Shown in pieces: positions 47,734-61,050 of a stretch of 64,000 nt of DNA; positions within the stretch are counted from its first letter, which is position 1, and each line of letters begins with the position of its first letter. Source of the DNA: Gekko japonicus (Eukaryota); the NCBI RefSeq assembly GCF_001447785.1, contig NW_015161978.1:411483-475482 (forward strand). Reading direction: 5' to 3'. The notes beneath the pieces were generated by a model. It was not told where the DNA came from. It made no database searches and saw nothing but the letters and a program-made list of their open reading frames with translations. Both the position numbers and the translations under genes were made by a program.

Positions 47734-49727
47734 GATATTGGCTGTGAGGCATTTGCGAGCTTTTTCGCGGATAAAGTCTTGGAGCTTCGCCACGACCTAC
47801 CTGCCACACTTGAGACAGTTAGCAAGCTTGAGGCCCCTTGCACATCCTCGTTTTCGGTGTTGGATTCTTTCAGCCCACTCGGCCTGGAGGAAGTCGACAG
47901 ATTGCTCACAGCTGTGCACCCAACCACATGTAGCCTTGATCTGTGCCCTTCCTGGCTTATTAAAGCTGGCCACAAAGGGTTCCGAGGTGCTCTCAGGGAA
48001 ATTATCAACATGTCCCTCTCTGAGGGGCAATTCCCGGGAGCACTCAAGGAAGCAATGGTCCACCCTCTTCTGAAAAACACATCTCTGGATCCGGCCGAAT
48101 TGGCCAACTACCGGCCGGTTTCCAATTTGCCCTATTTGGGCAAATGAATTGAGAGGGCAGTGGCGACACAGTTTCAGGGCTTTCTGGATGACGCTTCCGT
48201 ATTAGATACCTTCCAGTCCGGCTTCCACCTGGGACATGGGACAGAGATGGCGTTGGTCGCTCTGACGGATGACCTCCGGAGGCATCTGGATTGGGGTGGT
48301 GTGGCAGTACTGCTGTTGTTAGATCTGTCGGCCGCATTTGACACGGTCGACCATCAGCTGCTGACCCACCGCCTCACTGACAAAGGGATCCAGGGGCTGG
48401 CCCTGCAGTGGCTTGCTTCCTTTCTCCAGGATCGGGGACAAAGGGTGGCAGTAGGGGAACAGCAGTCCAGGAGACACCCACTGGAATGTGGTGTGCCTCA
48501 AGGGGCAGTGCTGTCTTCGATGTTATTTGACATCTATATATGCACCCCTTTGCCCAGATTGCCCGGAGGCATGGGCTGGGTTGTCATCAGTACTCTGATG
48601 ATACCCAGCTCTATCTGATGTTGGACGGCCAGTCGGACATCAAACCGGAAGATCTGGACCGGGCTTTGCAAGCCATGGCTGGTTGGCTCAGGCTGAGCCG
48701 GCTGAGACTGAACTTGATGAAGACAGAGGTCCTGTGCCTGAGTCGGAGCGGCTGAGTCGGAGCGGCTCAGGGATGGGATTCCCACTCCCGACTTTCGGTG
48801 GGGCACCACTGGTGCCAGCGTCAGAGGTTAGGAGTTTGGGAGTGCCCAGGTAGCAGCCACTGCAAAGTCGGTCTTTTACCACCTACGGCTGATTCAGCAG
48901 TTGGCTCCCTTCCTCGGCCATGGCTACAATGACCCATGTGACGGTTACCTCGAGACTAGACTACTGTAATGCTCTCTACATGGGGCTGCCCTTGTCACAA
49001 ATCCAGAGGCTGCAGCTAGTGCAGAATGCCCCGGCCAGGCTGGTGATGGGCCTCCCTAAATGGGAGCATATCCAGCCTGTACTGAAGACACTGCACTGGC
49101 TGCCAATAGCATACAGAATCCACTTCAAGGTGCTGGTATTGACCTTTAAAGAGGGTCCGACATACCTGCGGGACCGCCTTTCCTCATATATACCTCAGCA
49201 AGCACTACGGTCAGGAACACAACATTGACTGACCGTTCCTGGCCCTAAGGACGGCAGGCTTGCAGCCACCAGGGCCAGGGTCTTTTCAGTGGCAGCTCCA
49301 TACTGGTGGATTGAGCTCCCGGAAGAGATCAGGGTCCTGCGGGACCTTTTGCAGTTCCTCAGGGCCTGTAAGATGGAGCTCTTCCACCAGGCTTTCAATT
49401 AGGAGCCGCAACTCCTCTACCACCACCACCATCCGTGGTTTGGGTTGACTCTGGTCCTGGGGTGGGTTTGCGTTATATCACTGCACCAAGCTGAAAAACA
49501 CCGATGCCGATGAAAATTGTTAGTACACCATCTGAATCATTCAGAGATTACCATCAAAAGTGTACCATCACTAGCACATTAATTTGTTAATTGTTGGATT
49601 GTTTTTAATGATTAATGCTGTTTAAATTTTGTACATGGTTTTTATGGTACAGGGTACCAACTCTGTAAGCTGTCCTGAGCCCGCTTGCGGGAAGGGCGGG
49701 GTATAAATCAAAGTAATAAATAAATAA
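47734..49727 (+). mobile_element. L2 LINE, 5'-truncated (about 2 kb)
   Basis: FASFFADKV, NYRPVSNLPYLGK, LLDLSAAFDTVDH, GVPQGAVLS, YSDDTQLY and SRLDYCN; 3' end TGTAAGCTGTCCTGAG..GGGTATAAAT..(TAAA)n. Confidence 0.95.
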
Positions 49728-49849
49728 GAAATATAAACCACAAAACAATCTTTCTTAAACCCTACACCAGCTTCTCATTCCCTTTCAGCCTTCCCCTTAC
49801 AACTTTCCAGTTTTCCTCATTTTGTTCTTATTTTCTACTATATCCCTTC

Positions 49850-50050
49850 CAAGTGTTCCCTCTAAGCTGAGTTAGTGTGAGCTCAGTTTTTTAGCCTCCA
49901 GCTCATACATTTTTGTCTTAGCTCAGGAAGGATGGCTACAGAGCAAACTTATTTATGTAGTATCCATATCACTTGCTCACAACTTTAATGCCAATAGCTC
50001 ACAAAGCAGAATTTTTGCTCACAAGACTCCACAGCTTAGAGGGAGCATTG
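49850..50050. mobile_element. hAT-like MITE
   Basis: TIRs GTGTTCCCTCTAAGCTG / CAGCTTAGAGGGAGCAT. Confidence 0.75.
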
Positions 50051-51269
50051 TTTATAACCCTCACTTCTCCAACTCTACTGCTCTTAGCTTCTCAAATGTC
50101 TCCTCTTAAATGACAGTTGGAATTCTCTCCCAAGAGACCTGTATGGGGTTAATTATCTCTCTGACCTCTGATTCCCCCCCCCATAGTCATTCCTGGGGGT
50201 CTCCCATGCCCCAGGAGCAGCATTATTTTGGCCTGTAGCAAGAGACAGGGAAATCCCTCCATCCATAGAAATTTTATGAGGGATCCAAGCTACAGATTGT
50301 AAGCCCTTCAAAATCAGGAAACTTCTCTCTTTTTCTTATGCAACTCTTTAAAGTGCTTTGTGTCAGGATAATATGAGCTAAATAAATAAATAACAGTGAA
50401 ATGCTCCCAGATGATACATATCCCAAGATTAATTTGGGAAAATGACTAATTAACTGACATTTGCAACGATTTAAGGATGTACGTTATGAAGCTCAAATGG
50501 AATACTGGAACCGGTCCTTAGCACAACTAAGTTCTCAACTTTAGAAGCCATATAATTCTTACTGTTACTGTTATTTGTTAGTCTAAAATTACTCTGCTGT
50601 CAATGAACTGGTCATATTTGGTGAGGACTGAGATATGAAAAGCTGAACTCTATTTATCCCCTGTGAATGTTTTTGAACACATTTCTGCCAGCTTAAAAAT
50701 CTTGAAAAGGGTAAAAACTAGAGTATAATAGTGTGATCTCCCATTCCCTTCACATGAGGCAAGCAGAGGAGCGAAGGGCAAAAAGAAAAAGAAGCAAGTG
50801 GTATATGCCAGCAGTGATGCAGCGTATCATGTCACCATGCTTAAAACTAAAGATCAAGGGCTACTTTTTCAGCTTCAGACCTTAGGGATGACTGGGGAGA
50901 GAGAAAGAGATGGCAATAGCAGTCATGGTTCACGAATAATGCATTTCGGTTTCTGAGAAGAGTATAGCAGGTCACCAGCACTCCTAAAAGAAATGGGGGG
51001 GGGAGAGACTCCAACACTTTGTGAAAAAAAGCTGTGCATACAAACTGAGGCAAGGCAAAACAGGAGGCCAAGATTTCAAAACCAAATGTAAAGATATGAG
51101 AAAAGGACAGCTAATAATGAGCACGAGTGTAAGAAACTGGAAGGAGTTTTGAACTGATGGCTTACTGATTTATGCCTTTATCAAATTACCCATGCTTGAT
51201 GATATTAATTATGGTTTTTTATCCAGCATGCGATGTTAGTGTTTCCGATCTGATCTTTATTTTATGGAA

Positions 51270-52413
51270 TGTTAGGCTGAAGGCCTAAACATGTGGGTGA
51301 GTGCTGCTAGCTGTGATCGTGCCCACTTGAAGGTTATACAGAGACCAGCTACAACAAGCAGATGAGTCTGTCCCATTGTTTGTAGCAAACACAAGCTACA
51401 GAAGCAGGAGATACTTTTTCCAGTTTGCAGGGAGCTCAAAGGGACATTGTGTGCATGACTACCTCCCCCACCTCAGCCCTACTACAGTAGTATCTTGGCT
51501 ATTGTGTAGGTAACCTCTGGCCAAGTTCCTGAAGATGCCCCAAGAGGGACAGATTGGGGGCGCAGCAAACGGGCGCAATCACATTGCAACATCTGGGAAG
51601 CAGCGCGCACCCATCCCCGATCCGTCCCTTCAGCCCAAAAACGTGCATTTAAAAAAAAAACCTAGGAAAGAGTACCACCAACCTGAAACGCACCAGCAAG
51701 CACGGCTGTGGGATCGCGGGCGCGCCTGTCTTCAGCAGCATTCGAGGCTTCCGGCCGAACTGCGCATGCGCACACATGCACAGCCAACTGCCTCACTCTC
51801 CCTTCCGTGGCTCCCCCCCCCGGCATCTGATCGTGCCGGGGAGCAACTGCGCGGCGGATCAGGGGATCTGTCTGATCCTGCCGCCGCGTGACTCTTTTGG
51901 TGCGGCTCTAAAAAGCCGCACTTTGGCCACGCCAATTTCCCCCGTGTGACCAGGGCATCAGAAGGCCATTTCGCCAAGAAAGCACTACTTACCTGGATCT
52001 GGCTGATTCCTACTCTGTTCCTAGAAAGGAGGAAGGTGCAAACCATAAGGGGCCTGAGACCCAAGGAGTATAAAACAAGCAAAGGGCCAGGGGGAACACA
52101 ATCCCCTTCACCACCTGTTGGGATTCTCCAATCTGAATGGTATCACCTGTATCTGAAGCTGGCATAGATCTGTATGGAGGCACACCAGTGTATGAGCGTG
52201 TATGAGTGGAATGTAGTGAGGCATTTTTGAATTTCATTGCTCTGAACCTAATAAACATTACTTCTGATTCAAGAACTTATTGCCTGGCTTCCTCTCTGTC
52301 TTTCTCCCTCACCTCGAGGGAAAAGACCTGTTAGGTCAGCATGGATTTGGGCAGAAGTTTGATTACCCTTTCACCTCATTTGCACTGGGCTTGGGCTCAT
52401 TTTGGCCCTGACA
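51270..52413 (+). mobile_element. Probable solo LTR with a CpG-rich insert (about 51520-51955)
   Basis: TGTTAGG...CCTGACA ends, TATAAAA near 52068 and AATAAA near 52250; TSD not evident. Confidence 0.45.
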
Positions 52414-52766
52414 CAATCACTTAGTAGGATGTTTTAAGATAAATGGAACTGGACATAAAACGGAGAGGCATCAGCCTAATTAATGGAACACTCTTGTTAA
52501 TTGTAGGTGAAAGATATATTTCTTATCAAACACACCGCGTTTTAAAAGCCTACCAAATCTTTATTTTTTATTTGACAATGTGCATGGAGTACAGATGCAT
52601 TTTCCTGGTTCCTGGAAGGCACCAGAGGAGAGGGACTTTCCTTTTGTTCTTTCTTTAATTAAGAATCCAGGTGCAACTATTTCTCTGGACATTTATAAGT
52701 ACTTGAAGTACAACTTTCTTCAACAGTATTAAGCACATGGAGCAGTGCACTGACTGTTGCCTTTGG

Positions 52767-54025
52767 TTATTTATTTGTTTGTTTGATTTATATCCCGCCC
52801 TCCCCGCTGGAGCAGGCTCAAGGCGGCTTACATAAAATGCAATAGTTAAAACAACAATATAAGTAAAAGCATAAAAACACAGCATAAGGTGCTAGTAAAC
52901 AATTTTAAATGACGATCACAAAAGCAGGGTAGTCATCAGCATACTAATAAATGTAGTCACCATTTGATTTTAAGTCGGCGAAACTCAGGCTGTCGGTGGT
53001 GGTATTGGGCACAGGGTTTTAGTGTGTTGGGTGTGGCTCCTTAACCAAAGGCCTGGGGGAAGAGCTCCATCTTGCAGGCCCTGCAGAACTGCAAAAGGTC
53101 CCTCAGGGCCCTAAGGTCTTCCGGGAGCTCGTTCCACCAGTGCGGAGCCACCACTGAAAAGACCCTGGCCCTAGTTGATGCCAAACTGATGTCTTTAGGG
53201 CCTGGAAGGGCCAGATGGTTTTGGGATCCTGACTGCAGTGCTCTCTGGGGAACATGTGGGGAAAGGTGGTCCCTCAAGTAGGTAGGCCCCTGACCATAGA
53301 GGGCTTTAAAGGTAAGCACCAGCACTTTGAAGCGAATCCGGTGTGCTATACGCAGCCAGTGCAGTGCTTTTAGTGCAGGCTGAATGTGCCCCCGCATGGG
53401 GAGACCCAACAACAGCCTGGCCGCTGTATTCTGCACCAGCTGAAGCCTCCAGATTTGGGACAAGGGCAGACCCATGTAGAGAGTGTTACAGTAGTCTAGC
53501 CTCGAGGTGACCACTGCATGGATCACTGTCACCAAGTCATTGCATTCAAGGAAGGGAACCAACTGCCTGATCAGCTGGAGATGATAAAAGGCTGATTTAG
53601 CAGTGGCTGCTACCTGGGCCTCCATTGACAAGGAGGCATCCAGCAGCACTCCCAAACTCCTAACCTCCGACACCGGCACCAATGGTACACCGTCAAAAGT
53701 CGGACCACCCCGACTCAGGCACAGGACCTCCGTCTTCGTCGGATTCAATCTCAATCGGCTCAGTCTAAGCCAACCAGCCATGGCCTGCAACACCAGGTCC
53801 AGATCTCCCAGACTAGAGTCAGACTGTCCGCCCAACAACAGAGCTGGGTGTCATCTGCATACTGGCGCCCTCCCCGCCCATGCCTCTGGGCAATCTGGGC
53901 AAGGGGACACATGTAGATGTTGAATAGCATCGGGGAACGTATCACCCCTTGGGGCACACCGCAAACAAGCAGGTGCTTTTGGGACATCTGTTCCCCTAGC
54001 ACCACCCTTTGTCCCCGACCCTGAA
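52767..54025 (-). mobile_element. L2 LINE, 5'-truncated
   Basis: GVPQGVIRSP, YADDTQL, and the 265-aa frame 53041-53838 with SRLDYCN and LHWL; tail at 52767-52790. Confidence 0.95.
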
Positions 54026-54444
54026 GGAGCTGGTTCTAGTTAAAACTAGTACATGTTCAACCCCTTCTGGAAGAATTTGTGTAATAATTTTGTTCACCTA
54101 GTCCCAAGAAACAGATCTACAACAGGAGATTCTGGTCTATGGAGACTAGTGACGGGACATTTTTCTGTGGAGGCACCTGACCATTGGAATGCCTACCCCC
54201 TTAAGGCTTGCCTGGTGCCTACTATATTTTTCTTAGGCCAAAACACATCTTTTTACTCAGGATTTTAATTAGGGGTTTCATTGTATCGGCTTTTTAATAT
54301 TGTACTTCTGTTTCACAGATAGTTTTTACACAGCTTATGTCCAATCACTTGTTTTTAATGGCTTGTTTTTTATATTGTGGTGATTTTAACTGTAAATCAG
54401 AAGAGGTGGTACAGACATTTCCTGAATAATTTAATAAGAAGTAA

Positions 54445-54562
54445 AAACAACCAAGAGTCATGTGGCACCTTCAAGACATTAGAGAATAAGCTTTGGTAGA
54501 CATTAGTCCACGAAAACCCAGCTCACAAATAAACGTGCTAATCTTGAGGTGCCATAAGACTG
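54445..54562. repeat. Short Penelope-derived hairpin repeat
   Basis: AGTCATGTGGCACCTTCAAGA ... TCTTGAGGTGCCATAAGACT inverted arms; related remnants near 7141-7182 and 28915-29003. Confidence 0.55.
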
Positions 54563-55125
54563 TCAGATTCCACACTCCCCCCCCCCCATACATATACTTT
54601 CAAAAAAGAAACTCACTTCTTATTAAGGGCTATGTTATTTTTAGAAGCCAGACAGAAGTAGGAGCACATATGTCAATCCCACCTGTAACAGTAGTATGGA
54701 GTTTTAATATACTGTCTGTGGTGCGACCTACTGAATTGAACGTTAGTTGACTTTTATATCTCCTTCCCCACCCTTTAAATTACTAAGTTAAAGTCATCGT
54801 CTAGAGAGAGGGAGAGCTCTCTCCATGAAGCCACACCTAAGGTAGAAGCCAATACTTCTCTTCCCCTCATTCCCTCTCCTTCGCAATTCATGAGCAGCCA
54901 ACAGCTGGAACTGTTTTACACTAGACGGCTGAGTTCTGTGAGAATGTTCTCCTTGTCTTTGTCTGTAAGACTGAAAGAAGCCGGGCTCAAAGGTACTGTT
55001 CAGTCCCTAGAGAACTCTGGGTAAACATGAGCCTAGGCCTCCAGCTCTCTCCTGATAGGGTCAGGTGACAAAGTATCAAAAGACAGCCAAAGAAAGATCT
55101 AGAAAAGAGTTTGCCTTAGTAAGGA

Positions 55126-55130
55126 GTGTG

Positions 55131-55205
<75 letters not shown>
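55126..55205. repeat. Compound microsatellite (GT)n(GA)n
   Basis: Directly visible. Confidence 0.98.
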
Positions 55206-55208
<3 letters not shown>

Positions 55209-58179
55209 AGAGCTCACAGGTTTCACATTTTCCTACTACATGGGGAGCTTCATAAAAATGCAACAGTTAAAGACTGCTACTAGAGATGCTGTACCACTTT
55301 TAAATGCAACTGTCTGGATAATATCCTGTTAAAATACCTCAGACTCTGGTGATTTCAACATAATTGCAGGCAGTATTAATAAAGTTAAGCAAAAGCATCA
55401 CAATGCAAAGTTCATCAGCATAAGTGAAAACACTTGTGCCAAAATCCAGCAATATACAATAGAATCAAAGATGCTCTGAGGATAAGGTAAAATGAGAAAA
55501 ATATTGGCAGCTCACAACTTGAACAATTATTTTTTTTCCTTTTGCTTTGTTAACCCCGAATCTTTTCTTTGTAAAATAAGTATTAATGTATTCAAAATTT
55601 GCCTAAAAGATAGCACAGATATAAAATTGTAGAAAACTAATTTCACTGTCATGTCATAAAGGCAGAACGACTAATACACTGAACAAATACAAATATGAAT
55701 ATATGTTTTGCAGACAGATGGGAGAAAAAACACATAGAGAGAAGCACAAACACACAGCTATCAGCCAACTGACTATTACAACAGCCACATCTAAAATTTC
55801 ATTAAAAAGAGCCCAGCTGCTTCTTTACTCTGACTTTGTCTTTAAGGACTTAGCTAAGCCGAAGGAGTGGCCAGAAAAGANNNNNNNNNNNNNNNNNNNN
55901 NNNNNNNNNNNNNNNNNNNNNNNNNNNNNNNNNNNNNNNNNNNNNNNNNNNNNNNNNNNNNNNNNNNNNNNNNNNNNNNNNNNNNNNNNNNNNNNNNNNN
56001 NNNNNNNNNNNNNNNNNNNNNNNNNNNNNNNNNNNNNNNNNNNNNNNNNNNNNNNNNNNNNNNNNNNNNNNNNNNNNNNNNNNNNNNNNNNNNNNNNNNN
56101 NNNNNNNNNNNNNNNNNNNNNNNNNNNNNNNNNNNNNNNNNNNNNNNNNNNNNNNNNNNNNNNNNNNNNNNNNNNNNNNNNNNNNNNNNNNNNNNNNNNN
56201 NNNNNNNNNNNNNNNNNNNNNNNNNNNNNNNNNNNNNNNNNNNNNNNNNNNNNNNNNNNNNNNNNNNNNNNNNNNNNNNNNNNNNNNNNNNNNNNNNNNN
56301 NNNNNNNNNNNNNNNNNNNNNNNNNNNNNNNNNNNNNNNNNNNNNNNNNNNNNNNNNNNNNNNNNNNNNNNNNNNNNNNNNNNNNNNNNNNNNNNNNNNN
56401 NNNNNNNNNNNNNNNNNNNNTAGCCAGAGACAAATAAAAAAGCTCCTTCACAACTAAAGATACGACATACACACAAAAAGAAACCGGGGGGGGGGGGGGG
56501 AGAGAGCACTGTATAGACTATCCCCAAATATCAAAAAGGTCACAAAATAAATTAAGGGTAAAGAACGAGGCCTGGGCTGGAAATTGTCTCCATGTATCAG
56601 GTCTGCCACCCTTTTCCTATCCNNNNNNNNNNNNNNNNNNNNNNNNNNNNNNNNNNNNNNNNNNNNNNNNNNNNNNNNNNNNNNNNNNNNNNNNNNNNNN
56701 NNNNNNNNNNNNNNNNNNNNNNNNNNNNNNNNNNNNNNNNNNNNNNNNNNNNNNNNNNNNNNNNNNNNNNNNNNNNNNNNNNNNNNNNNNNNNNNNNNNN
56801 NNNNNNNNNNNNNNNNNNNNNNNNNNNNNNNNNNNNNNNNNNNNNNNNNNNNNNNNNNNNNNNNNNNNNNNNNNNNNNNNNNNNNNNNNNNNNNNNNNNN
56901 NNNNNNNNNNNNNNNNNNNNNNNNNNNNNNNNNNNNNNNNNNNNNNNNNNNNNNNNNNNNNNAGGGGACAGAGTGGAATGAAGTGCAAGGAGGAAAGGAN
57001 NNNNNNNNNNNNNNNNNNNNNNNNNNNNNNNNNNNNNNNNNNNNNNNNNNNNNNNNNNNNNNNNNNNNNNNNNNNNNNNNNNNNNNNNNNNNNNNNNNNN
57101 NNNNNNNNNNNNNNNNNNNNNNNNNNNNNNNGCTGAAGGACGGATAGTGCCGGCTTACATCAAGTGACAAGATTTTCACATCAGGCTACATCTATCTTCC
57201 AGCACTTCCGCTGTGAACAAAAGGGCCGCTGCCTGCTACCATCAATTTCCAAAATTCCTTCAACATTAAACAGCTTTTCAACCTTTCCTGCCCTTAAATC
57301 TCCAAAGGAAGAAAATTCAAGGAAAGGTCACACACAGCCACACCTTTCTGGCTCTTGTAGCTGCATTTCCTACACAAGCGGAAAGCTCTTTTTACTTCTC
57401 CCCCCCCCCACTCCGCTTTTCTTCCTTGGAAATACTGTGGTTTTTAAAAATGTATGCTACCCTGTTTTTATTTGGAACAAAGAAACATATGCAAGACAGC
57501 ACCATAAAGACTTGTGGTTGGAACTCATTCATGTATGGCTTCCAAAAATCAAGACAAAAGATCCTATGCAATACTTTATCTTCAGCTTTGCTTTAAGAAC
57601 TCTCACAAAGTTTGTGTTAATTAAAAGAGAATTACAGTCTATTAAGGTAATTCTGGGGCCTATCAGGGAATTACGTATGGGCTTACATCTATGGGATCTA
57701 AGGGTGCCTCTCTAAAACTAATAGGGCCATTTTATGCAATTACACCCTTCTCTCCACTAAAGTCAATGGGCTTAGAATGGTGTAAGTCTGCTTAGGATGC
57801 ACTGTAAATGAATCAAACCTCGCTGGGAGACCACAGGGAGGATGGATTTAAACAGAACACAAAACAATGGAAATAAGTGGATCTGCTTTATCTTCCTCTC
57901 CTTCCCACTCACCTAAATGTTTGTGCTGTCATATCTGTCTGCGTGGCCTATGTAACATCCTAATAGGAGCATAATGCCATATTTTGTGGAGAAAAGGTGC
58001 AACCGTTTTAATGACACTGATCCAGATTACAGATTATGGTTTCCATTCACAGAATGTTCACAGAAGTAATTCAATAAATAAAAGTGTATCATAGTTATGA
58101 ATAATATATACATTGCACAAAACTCCAGAAACCCAAGTCAAATGCATGAGTCTCCACAGGAATCAGGATGTCCAAGTCA

Positions 58180-59122
58180 AATATAAGTAGTCACATACTC
58201 TATGTAGGACTGCCCTTAAAAGTGTTCGGAAACTTCAACTGGTACAGAATGCTACAGCCAGGAGTGGAGTGGGTCACAAAGACCATATCACTCCAGTCTC
58301 AGTCCATCTTCACTGGCTCCCAGTTTGTTTCCAGGCCCAATTCAAGGTGCTACAGTTGATCTTTAAAGCACTATATAGTCTGGGGACAACATAATTTAAG
58401 GACTACTTACTCCCATATGAACACTATGGACGTCTTCTCACACCCTCCTTCAGGTGCCACCACCTTCTGGGATCGGTATAATATCTTGTTATCTTACTGG
58501 ATGCCCCATCCTAAAATAGCTAGGCAACTGAGGAAAACTTCAGGCTACTGATAGTCATAGGGTTGCCAACCTCCAGGTGGGATCTGGGGATCTCCTGCTT
58601 TTACAACTGATCTCCAACTGACAGATATCAGCTCCCCTGGAGAAAATGGCTGTTTTGAAGGGTGGACTCTACGGTATTGTACCATGCTGAGGCCCCTCCC
58701 TTCCCCAAACCCCTCCCTCTCCCGGATCCACCCCCAAAGTCTCCAGGTATTTTCCAACGCAGATCTGGCAACCCTAGAAAGTCAAACTACCAACAAACTA
58801 TCAACTGGTGGCAACCTGAAATGGGGCCTTCTTGGTTGTGGCACCAAGACTGTGGAACTCCCTCCCCAAAGATATTCATCTGTTCCCATCAATCATTATC
58901 TTCTGCTGGCAGGTAGACTTTTTGTTTCTTCTGGCATTCCCTCAGCTATCCCTCCTTCCTGCCCTGTGTTTTTGATGTTTCTCTGTTTTTTTTACAATAT
59001 GTGTATTTTAGTTTCATTCTTTACCCATTTTAGGAGATGTTTTTACATTGCTCTTGTTTTAGCCCTGGTTGGACTGAAAGGTGGGGTGTAAATATTTTAA
59101 ATAAATATATTAAATAAATAAA
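58180..59122 (+). mobile_element. Old L2 3' fragment, interrupted
   Basis: LYVGLPLK and LHWLP-like sequence (CTTCACTGGCTCCCAG..TTCAAGGTGCT), GCCTTCTTGGTTGTGGCACC, and A-rich tail. Confidence 0.75.
58558..58776. mobile_element. hAT MITE (TAGGGTTGCCA family)
   Basis: TIRs TAGGGTTGCCA / TGGCAACCCTA; TSD GATAGTCA / GAAAGTCA. Confidence 0.9.
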
Positions 59123-60609
59123 CATTAATGAAGCCACATCCCACACAGCGTTATCACAATACGCTCTTGTTTGAGGAGGGAAGAAATTGTATTTCCCCAA
59201 TGACAAAATATTGCGAGCAAATGCAATTTTGCCTGCCACAGAAATGTTACTTGATGAAAGTAATCTGGATCCCAGGCAGCAACTGAGGAAGACCTGGGCA
59301 TTTGTTGCACTACAGATGGATTTGTCTGGATTGTCCCTCAGCAAAAGATAGCTCTGGGGTGCTGCTGTGATGGGTAAGAGAAGTGTTAGATACTAATTTC
59401 TCTCCACGTGTTGTTCCTAGTGCCAAAAACACACACATTGTACTCTTAAGCACTTNNNNNNNNNNNNNNNNNNNNNNNNNNNNNNNNNNNNNNNNNNNNN
59501 NNNNNNNNNNNNNNNNNNNNNNNNNNNNNNNNNNNNNNNNNNNNNNNNNNNNNNNNNNNNNNNNNNNNNNNNNNNNNNNNNNNNNNNNNNNNNNNNNNNN
59601 NNNNNNNNNNNNNNNNNNNNNNNNNNNNNNNNNNNNNNNNNNNNNNNNNNNNNNNNNNNNNNNNNNNNNNNNNNNNNNNNNNNNNNNNNNNNNNNNNNNA
59701 TGAAACCCCCTCCTTAAGAAATTCGGAAGAAGCACACACAAAAATTAGAGTAGAAAGGTCAACAACTTTTTAGAAAATTAACAATGTGATCTGATTCTAC
59801 TCAAAATGACAGGCACATGACCAGAGGACAATTTAAACTAATGTTTACTTTGACTTCTGTTTTTATTTTTAAAGGTATGTACAAAACCTTCATTTTAAAA
59901 ATTGTGTACAAATGAAGTTCTTTTTTTGTGTGTGATCATTCTACATGTGATGTACATTTTGAAATGATTCACACATGCATGTTAGTCAATGTTTTCACCC
60001 TTAATGGATTGCAGCTGGGTGGATGAACTGTCTTCAGTAACAATAATTGTGTATGAGAAGTCCTCTATCCTTAGCGTTTGATTCATGTGTCTGTTTTACA
60101 CACGAAAGCCAGCATTTGATATCACACACACAAGTCGTGACAGTATTTCTCTGTCTTTCAGAATTCAGACCCCTTTCTAAATATACTCTACTCTCTGCAG
60201 CTCCCATCCATGGATGTGATACAAAGAGACATACTGGAAGATGCAGTCAGAGCAGCCCAGCACATGCTCAGAAGCATTTAGATGAATTTATGGAACTCTT
60301 TGGATCCCATCCCTAAATTTTTAGTTCTCTGTACACTGTATTCCTCCTGTACCTATCGCATTCCTAAGAAGAAACCCCAGTTGTTCATTTATGTTTTTGG
60401 TAAACCAGTTACATAACTCGAGGCAGTCTTCCAGCAGAAATATAACAATAGTGGTGAAATGGCTGGGGATCTCCCTGTGAAGCAGCTCTTCCTATTCATC
60501 CAGCTCTGCCAAACAGCCAGGGTTACCAGCTCTGGACTTGTCTCTGAATGGGTTCCCATGGGCCTGATTCTGTTTGCCCTGTTGCCCTGGGAATAGGGTG
60601 CAATCAGAC

Positions 60610-61050
60610 AGGCTGTCTGAACTGATGTCATCCCTTCTCCCTACCGGAATTAACATGACCAGCCAGATAGTGACGTCTTCCGTTCCCCAGTGGTCAGCCC
60701 TCCGTCATCACCCCCAACTTTCTCAACACTAGAAAAAGTCCAGTGTTTATGGATCTAATTATTCTCACCACGCATTTCTGGCTGTCTGATCACTGTGTTG
60801 TGTGCTCAAGCCATTTGGGAGGTCTGCAGCTTCCACTCCCTTACCACCATTTTCCCCCCACAGCGATATGTGTATAACCACATATTCGCCCGGTAAATAA
60901 GCAGTTCTGCGCATGCACAAAGTACACTTTTTAAAAAGAGACTGCCTGCCTGCCCGCTCCATGGTGACCGCACAACAGTAGTCTAATTGGTTGACTACGG
61001 GTGAGGTGACATTAGGGTGGTGCATCTGGTCAAAAATTAGTGGCGCGGCC
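60610..61050. promoter_or_regulatory. Candidate regulatory element or first exon
   Basis: CpG-retaining unique sequence with TGACGTC (CRE-like), GTAAATA (forkhead), TGCGCATGCA (NRF1-like) and ATTGG motifs; minus-strand Kozak GTCACCATGG at 60962 and donor TG|GTGAGA at 60769. Confidence 0.3.
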
